Assembly (NCBI GenBank): GCA_030704615.1
Contig: CM060733.1
Coordinates: forward strand, 2,108,001 to 2,172,000
DNA length: 64,000 nt
Origin: Takakia lepidozioides
Lineage: Eukaryota > Plantae > Bryophyta
Reading direction: 5' to 3'
The notes beneath the pieces are model-generated. The model saw only the letters and a program-made list of their open reading frames with translations. It was not told the DNA's origin and made no database searches. Below are positions 11,976-21,796 of this stretch, in pieces (positions within the stretch are counted from its first letter, which is position 1; each line of letters begins with the position of its first letter). Both the position numbers and the translations under genes were made by a program.

Positions 11976-13073
11976 GGATGATGTCGGCTGAAGGGAGAAG
12001 CCGGCACCGTGCCGTCACATTACTACCCCCGGATGAAAATTCGGCACCGAATATCCAGCAGGGGCCGCACGTATGAAGTCGCCTCGGGCAGAGAGGCCGG
12101 AACCTGTCCGACAGAGAACAACCCCCGGATGGAAATTCAGCGCCGAATTTCCATTCGGATCCCCCAAAGGAAGTCGTGTCGGGGGGTCAGGCCGAAAACT
12201 GGCCGACATAAAAACCTCCCGGATGGAAAAACGGCGCCGAATTTCCATCCGAGCCGTTCGGATGCAGTCGGCTCGGGGGAAAGGCCGCCACCTGGCCCTC
12301 ACATTACAACCCCCGGACGGAAATTCGGCACCAAATATCCAACAGGGGAAGCCCGGATGAAGTCCTCGGGCGAGAGTGTTCGACAGAGAGCATCCCCTGG
12401 ATGGAGATTCGGCGCCGAATTTCCATCCGGGCCCCCCAAAGGAAGTCGTGTCGGGGGCAGCCGAAAACTGGCGACATAAAAAGATGGAAAAACGGCGCCG
12501 AATTTCCATCCGGGCCGTTCGGATGCAGTCGGGGGGGAAAGGCCGCACTGGCCCTCACATTCAACCCCGGACGGAAATTCGGCACCGAATATCCAACAGG
12601 GGAAGCCCGGATGAAGTCGCCTCGGGCGTAGAACCGACAGAGAGCATCCCCTGGATGGAGATTCGCGCCGAATTTCCATCCGGGCCCCCCAAAGGAAGTC
12701 ATGTCGGGGGGGGCAGGCCGAAAACTGGCCGACATAAAACCTCCCCAGATGGGAAAACGGCGCGAATTTCCATCCGGGGCGTTCGGATGCAGTCGGGGAG
12801 GGGGGAGAGGCCGGCACCTGGCCGTCACATTTCAACCCCCGGACGGAAATTCGGCACCGAATATCCAACAGGGGACGCCCGGACGAAGTCGCCTCGGGCG
12901 TAGAGGCCGGCACCTGTCCGACAGAGACCATCCCCCGGATGGAAATCGCCGCCGAATTTCCATCCGGGCCCCCTCAAAGGAAGTCCGGTCGGGTGGTGAG
13001 GCCCAAAACTGGACGATATAAAAACCTCCCAGGATGAAAAACGGCGCCGAATTTCCATCCGAGGCCGTTCGGA
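11976..13073. repeat. Palindrome array A: four ~255-285-bp higher-order units, each with three variants of a 30-bp palindrome (12 copies)
   Basis: Palindrome starts at 12031, 12127, 12221, 12315, 12399, 12482, 12569, 12653, 12747, 12841, 12937, 13032. Spacers recur with period three. Confidence 0.95.
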
Positions 13074-13180
13074 TTTCCTCTAGCAGTCAAGGATTCCATG
13101 AAAAACGTGTCTAAAAGTGGACTTCAGCCACAAAACTAACAGTTTAGTTTGTTTTTCTCCGAAAAACCAAGCGGCCACGC

Positions 13181-13912
13181 TCAGAATTACCTGCAGGAAG
13201 GTAATTCGGCGCTTCGAGTTACCTGCTGGATGGAAATTCGGCGCCGGATTTCCATCCATCCGGGCTTCAAATTACTTGAAGGATGGAAATTCGGCGCCGA
13301 ATTTCCATCCTGATCCGCTCCGAATTACCTGCATGACGGAAATTTTGCGCGCCGCCCTACCTGCCGGATGGAAATTCGGCGCCGAATTTCCATCCATCCG
13401 CTCTCCGACCAACCTGGCGGATGGATATCCGGCGCCGGATTTCCATCCATCCGCTCTGAATTACCTGCGTGGCGGAAATTTCGCGCGCCGCCCTACCTGG
13501 GAGGATGGATATCCGGCGCCGGATTTCCATCCATCCGGCTCCGAATTACCTGCGTGGCGGAAATTTCGCGCGTCGCCCTACCTGGCAGGATGGAAATCCG
13601 GCGCCGGATTTCCATCCATCCGGCTCCGAATTACCTGCGTGGCGGAAATTTCGCGCGCCGCCCTACCTGGTAGGATGGAAATCCGGCGCTGGATTTCCAT
13701 CCATCCGGCTCCGAATTACCTGCGTGACGGAAATTTCGCGCGCCGCCCTACCTGGCAAGATGGAAATTCGGCGCTGAATTTCCATCCTGCTGCGCTCCGA
13801 ATTACCTGCATGACGGAAATTTTGCGCGCCGCCGTACCTGGCGGATGGAAATCCGGCGCCGGAATTCTATTCTGCTGCGCTCCGAATTACCTCTACGTTG
13901 GAAATTCCGGGC
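13181..13912. repeat. Palindrome array B: ~85-bp unit carrying the same 30-bp palindrome (9 copies) plus half-sites
   Basis: Palindrome starts at 13228, 13281, 13366, 13419, 13503, 13588, 13673, 13758, 13843. Perfect palindromes at 13281, 13366 and 13588. Confidence 0.95.
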
Positions 13913-14227
13913 CGAGTTGCGTCATATTTCATCCGACAGGGAGGGCTTCATCCGACATTTAATTGCGTAGTTGGGCATTAAATGTCCACCGCCGTCCGTT
14001 TTTATTCGGGCTGGCGACACATGGCTTCCTCGATACGTACCCTAAATCTGATGCTAATCTTGGATTAACTTCTATTCGAGGCATGTACCCCAAAAAACTG
14101 AGATCTTTTTCCATTTTGGCTGGGACTTATGCCGCCTGAAGGGCGTGGCTCTCCTGAGAGAGACCTCACATCCAGACCGCGGCGGAAGTTGAAAGCTTTG
14201 TACTATGGACGATGACCAATCTCTCGC

Positions 14228-16556
14228 ATGGCCAAACTTAAGCTCCAGCAGGAGATTCCAGTGTCTTGCTCACAACCCGTGCCATTTGAAGCCGAGTACT
14301 CTCAGGCAAGCCACTTCTGCTTTCGCTTTGTTCGCTTTTGCTTTCACTTTGTTGTTTCGCTTTGTTTTTGCATCTTCATCCTGGCATCGCTGGAAGCGTA
14401 TGGCTGCATCGCAAAAGCAGCAGCTGTTGCGAAGAATGATCAAGGTCTGAGTGGTTAAAAATTAAGGAAATCCATGCTGAGCTGAGAGGATGAAGTGTCT
14501 TCAAAACATTTCACCTTGTTTTCCCGTCTTATGGAATTCCTGATCATTTGTTCATCGTGTTTCATATTACCGGTTGAGTGAACCTTAGATAGTTTGCAAT
14601 GCGTGTGTAAAGCCGGCAGCTCTGGAGAAGGCTGCTTGTGCATGTCATTCTTAGGCATTGGTTGGATTTGTTTTCATTGTTGTTCCATGACACTCCATAC
14701 TTCCTAAACTTGTTTTGTTGTCATTGTTGTTCCACGATTGTTGCTATGGTGGTTGTGCTGCTCGTTGCGATGCTGGTTTTGGCACCGATGTTGGTTCTCA
14801 CGATTTTTGGGAATGACAGAGTGACGGCGAGCCCGGCACGCTGGTGGTATCATCGACAGCTCCAACTCATCGTATGTTTGAATCGCCCAACTTGGGGCGA
14901 GAGGGCAAACTTAAACCTTTTGTTGGTGGACGGGAGGACCTGCAGCGAGAGTACGACAAAATAGGCATTGGGGAGGTTGGTGCAGGCGGCATGGCAGGTG
15001 AAGGGCGTGAGGACGTGAGGACAACAGATCCGGCAATGGAGGTTGTTGATGCACATGCAGTAGGGCCCGCCCATGCAAAGAAGAAGAAGAAAACGAAGCA
15101 CATCCAATCCCCGGCGAGAGAGCCGTCACGGGCTGCAGAGGGAGTGAGCAGTGCGCGCAAGGGTGTCAGTTTGCCTCAATCAAAGGTGGTTGTCCTGGAG
15201 GGCTCCCCTGCTGCTAGCCCTAGTAAGAAACAGAAAGCCTGTGAGAGGGCAAAAGAGAGGGCAAAAGAACAGGCGAGACAGAATGCTAGCCAGGAGGAAA
15301 GAGAAAATACCACTGAAGAGGCCAGGGGTGCCCAAATGACAGATGCCAATGTAAGCGAGGGACGCACAGAGACGGTGGATCCCTCCAAGACACCACAAAG
15401 AGGCAGTAACACACCGGTTAGACCATTGCAGGCAAGAGCAGCCCCTGCAATTACCCATACGGTGGAGAGTGGAGGAGAGGAAAGAACACCAGAAAGAGCA
15501 CGGATTGTGCCAGTTCGAGGTGAAGCCGGGGAGAGGGCAGTACAGACGGGGAAAGTGCTCGAGGTGGTTTCGCCGGTGGCTGACCATGTTGAGGAGGACG
15601 ACAGGGAGCTTTCTGACCAGGATGACATCCTCCCGGACATCCCCAGGCTCCAAACCCGCAGCATACAGGCTGGATTTGGCGGTCCTGGTGGGCTGCCGGA
15701 GAACCCCTCTGCAGCAGACGTCATGTCGGAGGCATATATGAAGTTGGCCGCTGCCAAGATGTTGGAGGCAACCCACAACAACATTGGCAGGGTGCTGGGG
15801 GGCATGGTGTACCCGGCCAAGCTTCGGATTCCCCTTTGCCGCTTGGTGTCATTGCAGGTGGTGAGACCTGCCCTCCCAGGCGATATCGACAAGCTGAAAT
15901 TCTCTTTCCGGGATGGATATCGAATGGGGTCTGCCGCGTTTTACGTTTCCATTGAGAACAACCACGGAGCTTCCCGTGCCCACACTTCTGATGAGGTGGA
16001 CAAATGGGGTCCCCATTGGCAAAGGCGAAATGAGGAGTTCGAGAGAACGATTGCTACTGATCCTCTTTTCCAGTACTTGTCCGGTAAGATGTTTTATGTG
16101 TGGGACGGCAATCATCGCCTCCTGGCATGGATGGAGCACATAGCCGAAGCCCACCCCAACGACCTCGATTGGCATTTCGCCGTGGAGTGTGTTGTGCTGA
16201 AGGTTGCGGGGCCCAAAGATCGCAGTCTTCTGAAAGCTGCAATGGCGGACATCAACAACGCCTCTTGCTTTTGGACCCATCCGATTGTAAGTCATTTCAT
16301 TGCGAATCCTCATATTTGTTGAAAATTCCCATTTCAGTATTGTTTGATGGAAATGTGGCATTGCAGGGTGACTGAGAATGCCTTCATTGCCACCAACTTG
16401 TCCCATATGCTCTTCCGAGTGAAGGATGTCGGGAAGCAGGGGGTGCAAGAGTTTGCCAATTCGCTCAGTGCCGACCTCCTGCGCAAGTCGGAGGCAAAGG
16501 CAGACAGAACCTGGTATAGGCTGAGCATGGACGCCATGGTGGACTACATATTTTGG
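14228..16556 (+). CDS. Spliced gene encoding a ParB/Sulfiredoxin-like domain protein with a long low-complexity N-terminus; apparently 3'-truncated
   Basis: 492-codon uninterrupted ORF 14844-16322 with RIPLCRL...VRP...DIDKLKFSF..GY....FYV...FYVWDGNHRLLAW (DGNHR at 16104-16118) and a basic KKKKKTK tract. Tentative in-frame exons: 14228-14305 (AG|GCAAG donor), 14820-16286, 16338-16556. Confidence 0.7.
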
Positions 16557-16633
16557 GTAAAGCTCCTCACTGTTTTGTTGAGCTAATGTGTTTCTCCTCC
16601 CCCAATAGAAGAAAAAGTGTTGAGCATCTAATC

Positions 16634-17010
16634 TTATGTGCGCATTCTCGACAGACGAAAATTCAGCAGGATTTGGCACATGCGCGCCTCATCTTTAGCT
16701 TTGTGCAATACCGGTATGGGCCACGGCTTGAAATTCGGTGGAATGGTGCCCTTGCAACCTATGTCCACACAATGGCGGTTCAACTGGATTTTGTCCTTTA
16801 TGGCTTCCTCACAGAAAGGACACCTGAGCCTATCTTTTTTCCATTCTGGGTTCTCCTCCTTGGCTACACGGAGATCAATACATGCTTCCACTATTTTGCG
16901 ATCACGTACTCCTTTGGGGAGTACCAATATCTTCGCAGCTTCTTCAAACGCGTGACGTGCACAAAGTCGATCCAGTCGGGTCCGCCCTTCGCGTAGGCTT
17001 CCTCCATCGC
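16634..17010 (-). CDS. ORF/exon with a C2HC/C2H2-like zinc finger, probably TE-associated
   Basis: CPFCEEAIKDKIQLNRHCVDIGC within ORF 16634-17281. A pyrimidine tract and TAG acceptor lie near 17012 on the minus strand. Confidence 0.4.
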
Positions 17011-17339
17011 CTATACAACACAACAGAGAAAGGCAGAGGGCCCAACAAAAAGGGAGAAGTGCAAAGAATGGAGGAAACAGAAAGTGCGAGAACCGGCGAG
17101 AACGAACACTACATATGAGGACAGACAAAGAAGCGAGAACCAAAACGACAAGTACACACTGCGCGCGGAAAGAACTCTGCACAAGGAAGACAAACGTTGA
17201 CATAAAAGCAGACCACAGCACCGGCGGGAAGGCGAAGTTGAAGTTCAAGCTGACCCGGGAGCGGAAATGCAGTACACCCACGGCACGACGTGGCGCGCCA
17301 TGATTGACGCCGCCACCGCCGCCGTTGCATTTACTAGGT

Positions 17340-17730
17340 CTACCCAGTGCACAGCAGACCGAGTGAATAATAGACAGAGTCCAGCAGACTAGAATCAGCA
17401 GACCGATTTGAGCAGGTCCACCCGACTACAACAGACTGACGACGAAACAGACTATACAAAACAGACAAACTGGCAGGTCGACAGACTGGCAGGTCAACAT
17501 GGTCATTGTTCTTTCGCCCTTTGTAACAAGCTGCAAGCAGACTAGACTGACGGTGCGACAGAGACAACAGACTAGCTGAAAAGACTGGTAGGACAACAGA
17601 CTGACAGACGGAAGGGTGTACAGCCAAATTTTCGATGCGGCACCATGGTTTCACAGTTTTTTACAACAGACCAGCGTACACAGACGCCGCAAGACCGTTG
17701 TCAGGACAGACTAACATCGCAACAGACTCG
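17340..17730. repeat. Degenerate ACAGAC(T)-rich short-motif repeat
   Basis: Many dispersed (A)CAGAC/AGACTG motifs. Confidence 0.6.
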
Positions 17731-18701
17731 TGAACATAGTCCAGGCCGATGTGAGGACACAACCTCCTGAAGAGGCTCCGATTACCACACCAACGAAGCA
17801 AGACTAATGAAGCAATAGACATATGGGTATCCAGGCCGACAAGTATTGGCTGTCGAACCCGACTTTTTTACAAGGAGATCCATACTGGAGATGTGAGATA
17901 GTTCAGGAGTCTTAGGCTAACATAGCCCAGTAGACACAATTGACAGACTGACGATAACTTTGCCCAAGACACACATAACAGTTCATGGCTGGATATGGAA
18001 TCTGCAATGTTTTTACACGCCCTCATGTGCATATGCTTCGGCGATTTTCGCTATCATCTTGTCCATGGTTACCGTTCCAGACTGAGGAGGTGATCTGACG
18101 GACGGACGGATGGGGCTACCTCAACATGAATAATTATAAAATTGAACGACACCATATCCCAAATGTAAACTAAGGTCGTCTTTAGGCAGGCTTGTAATCG
18201 GTCCGTCCATTGGAATAAACCCTAACAACACATTGGCCATTTTGCGATGACCAGACAGAGGCCAAACCAAGTGGGCAAAACGCATTACATGTACAACGAA
18301 ATCGCAAAAACGGCCCCGCCAACAACAACAAAATGACGAAAACAGTGGAAGCATATGCACGATGGTGGCTGTAGGGCTCCGACTCACGACAAAATGTCAC
18401 GAAAACTGTGCCAGGCAACGACTACTGCCCGCACGCACCGTAGATTCGTACAACATAGAGCGACATCCTGATGGCAATGGCGAGATACGGCCCTAAATTG
18501 GAGGGCTGCGATGGGATTCGTCCTGGACGGCCCGGATCTTACGGGGGGCGGACACGTGGACAGGCGGACTAGCGGGAGCGGACCTGCCACAGCGGACGAG
18601 CCGTAGCGGACAGGCCGCAGCGGAGCGGCCGGTGGACGGACCCCGGGAGGGGTAGCCGCGGCAGCAGCGACGGGCGTGGGCGACCGTTGGCAGCGGCGGG
18701 C

Positions 18702-18726
18702 GGGGGGGGGGGGGGGGGGGGGGGGG
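18702..18726 (+). repeat. G25 homopolymer at the end of a GC-rich block
   Basis: 25 consecutive G; composition turns AT-rich shortly afterwards. Confidence 0.9.
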
Positions 18727-19363
18727 CGCCCTTCGTCTGGACGACGGGCCCACCGTCCTTCTCGCACTCTTGCATTCATGACCCTATTATTGTTATAGCC
18801 TAGTGAGGTAATGGACACATATCACCTCAAAAGTGGTTGTGGGTTCACTCCAGGGATTGGTGTCACAAAGTTATCCCTTCGGGGTCAAGTGACCATAATT
18901 TATGCTTCCTTTGGGAGACGTCATATATTATTATTAGGTCAGCTCCATACATCCATGCTATATGATCTATGAGCCTTGAGGCATATTACTTTTCTTAACA
19001 TGTTTAAAAAATTGATATTGAAGAATGGAACTCAGATTCTATTTTAATTATCTATGCATGAGCCATGTACATTTTGAAGGAATATGCCTTAAAATAAAAT
19101 TCACCATTAGAATTTTGTTTTTTTCCAGCCATTTTTTTATATCTCTAATTACTCTTATTTTTGTAATCTATTTAATCAATTAATTAAAACCTGGATCCGA
19201 ACCCGTGAACCCTCTAATATTTTCCAGCAACTACCGGACCCGAGCGTGTTCAAAAACCCAGACCCCAACCCCTATCTGACCCCGGATTTGGTTCCAGAAG
19301 AAAACCCGAACGCACCCGGCGGGTTCCTTTAAAATGCACTATCCACACAACTCTGGTAGTTTC

Positions 19364-20369
19364 CAGTGTTGTTCTGGTATTAGGTTTAGGACATACCAGA
19401 CTGGTACTAGACGTATCACAAAATTTTCATACCAGTCTGGTCTATGTAATGGTGGATGTATTTTTTTTCAGATACTAGTGATATCAATTCTGGTATCATT
19501 CCAAAGCCATCACAAAACTACAAGTTTATCAAATAGCAAGTATCAAGTGAAAACAATAAAGAAATATGATCCATTTCAATGTATTGTCTATGACTGTCCC
19601 CATTCAATGTTTGAAAGCTTGTATTTTGAACTCATATAGTGAATTTTTGGTGGTTGCTATTTTACTACCCCAAAAAACATAAATATACTTAAGTACTAGT
19701 ATGTAGGCATATGTACACATAAATTAGTATAGTACACATACCAGTCTGGTATATGACCAAGTATTCTCCCAAATGATACCAGACTGGTCTGGTATCTAAT
19801 ACAAGTGCATATACCAATAGATATACGAGTCCTTCACCTATATACCACATATATACCAACCGGGTCTTCCCATTGGGTTTTATTTTGTTAAAACTTAAAA
19901 TGTAGGCTATAAGAGCATCTCCACCCCGCCATGCTATTTATCTGGCGCTAAATCAAAAGTAGCGGGTTTCGAAATAGCGTGCCAGGGCGTATTTCGCACC
20001 GTGAAGCAACCAGCATTAGGTAGTTCCACGTGTTCTTATACTGTGCATCCAGCATTAGCATGGATCTAAGTTATGCTCCCTCACCCCGCAGGAAATCACG
20101 ACCTGCTGACATCATTGATGACATGTCATCATCACTGACATGCTGCCAGTCTGGTTTCAGGGTTCCCTCACAAAAAGCGCATGCTAGCCTATCCGCCAGA
20201 TCTAGCGGATTATCTGACGCTAGAATAAGATCTGAAAGGTCTGCCAAAATTTGGCATGTGGTGGAAGCTCTATTTTATTGAAAATCAAGAGATCTGGTTT
20301 TAGCGTGGGGATAGCGTGGCGGGGTGGAGATGCTCTAACCGGTATCTAGAAAAGACGATACCAACACAG
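19364..20369. mobile_element. Degenerate non-autonomous hAT-like element (CAGTGTTG...CAACACAG) hosting a Tourist MITE
   Basis: Left end CAGTGTTGTTCTGGTAT resembles the one at 40781. Internal ATACCAGACTGGT motifs. Right end imperfect and no matching TSD. Confidence 0.4.
19913..20335. mobile_element. Tourist (PIF/Harbinger) MITE, 423 bp
   Basis: 19-bp perfect TIR GAGCATCTCCACCCCGCCA / TGGCGGGGTGGAGATGCTC. TAA target-site duplication at 19910-19912 and 20336-20338. Confidence 0.92.
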
Positions 20370-21175
20370 ACAGTTGGCGGCCAATTTACTTATATATATA
20401 TAGCAGGGGACTTGAAGTTACTTGAAATTTTAAGACTTACTCCGATGCCATGAATATATATTAATTTAAAATAAATAAATATATTCGCATGAACTGTTTG
20501 TGAGCACATTACATCACCAGATATACATGTAGATATATATATATATATATATGTAATCAGTTGATTGGCAAGCTGCATGACCATTGAAGTCTTCGGGTCT
20601 GACTTTAGATCCATTGGGTCTTTATCTATCTATTTAAGCATATATTAATGTAAAGTCAAAATATCCTGAAGCCTGATTCCCGGACCGTTTTGAAAAGTGT
20701 GGCAAACGCATGGCAGAGGGCCATGTCAAGGAGAAGCGTGGTCCTCGGAGGAGACTTGCAAAGAGAACACGGAGCTGGCCTCGTCGTGGCTGCTGAACGC
20801 GGTCTCATTAGAGAGGAGGGTGGACACCCACCGACTCTACAACCTCTCATCATCTCTTTCCAACAATATTCTCCCGCGCACTCTTGTTTTTCAACCACCT
20901 ATATAGTGTGGAGAATCATCTGTCTCAAGTTGTCCGATCTAGAGCTCTCTTCACTCAATTCTGCATCAGAAATTCTGTTTTCAAGGATTTCTGCGTATAT
21001 TTCCCTATCTTTCTCTCTCTCTGTGCTGGTAGCTGTCCGGTTGGGGAGGCAATTGGACAGCGTGAGATCATCAGCTTTCGAGGTTGCGATTTCAGAAATA
21101 CTCGAAGGTTCATGACCTTGATGTGAGACTCCGTGACGGGGAGGAGGTTGTCCACGAGTGTCGATCACTTACATC

Positions 21176-21796
21176 ATGACTTACGCACGGCCGATGCTGT
21201 CTCCTGTTTTGGAGCACTATGCGCCCCCGACGTTTAGAGGGAATATGCCCGATGTGATACCACCAGTGAGGGAGCGCGAAGCTGAAAAACATGGAGGATC
21301 TAGGAATAGTACTAGTAGTAGAGCTAAAAGTAGTGGTATTGCTGGCAGCCTCGGAAGCATGTACGAGTCTTGTCTTTTGAAACTCATGAAATGGGGAGAG
21401 GGATACAGACCGCTTCGATCATTCCGTATGCGCAAGCGAAGGGTGAGGGTACATAAGCTGCATAAGAAAGCTAGGAAGACAGGGAGGAGAGGCGGGAGAC
21501 GAAAGGCAGGTTCCAAACCAGCGATCCAGTCATTCAATCCCTGTTACCTCCTTGGAAAGGTCAGGGACGCCTATGTTAATCTGATGAAAGGAATGGCATC
21601 TGGAGGTAACTTGACTGGCATAGGCATGGGAAATTATCATGGCGTTGGCGCCATAGACTATCCAGGTCGGAAGGATATGTCTTGTCGAGAGTACGACAAC
21701 GAATCTGTAGTTCAGTTATCAAGAACGAGTTCACAGGCAGACAACACTCGATACTCTAGAACGAGTTCCAAGGCAGAGAGTGTTCAATATTTATGA
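21176..21796 (+). CDS. Single-exon uncharacterised basic plant protein (LLxKxRDAYVxxM family)
   Basis: Intact 206-codon ORF. W...YRPL followed by an R/K-rich tract, then NPCYLLGKVRDAYVNLM, as recalled from a small family of plant proteins of unknown function. Confidence 0.75.
   Translation: MTYARPMLSPVLEHYAPPTFRGNMPDVIPPVREREAEKHGGSRNSTSSRAKSSGIAGSLGSMYESCLLKLMKWGEGYRPLRSFRMRKRRVRVHKLHKKARKTGRRGGRRKAGSKPAIQSFNPCYLLGKVRDAYVNLMKGMASGGNLTGIGMGNYHGVGAIDYPGRKDMSCREYDNESVVQLSRTSSQADNTRYSRTSSKAESVQYL

Noticed and set aside
11976-13912. CRISPR array (30-bp palindromic repeats with spacers)
   Set aside because: Spacers are homologous to each other and recur periodically, there are no cas genes, and the context is eukaryotic.
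12009-13962. Long ORFs on both strands across the palindrome arrays (e.g. 13117-13962, 281 aa)
   Set aside because: By-products of GC-rich tandem repeats; the peptides cycle through frames because unit lengths are mostly not multiples of three.
15176-16679. Minus-strand ORFs of 238, 198 and 276 aa
   Set aside because: Antisense shadows of the ParB-like ORF with no recognisable motifs.
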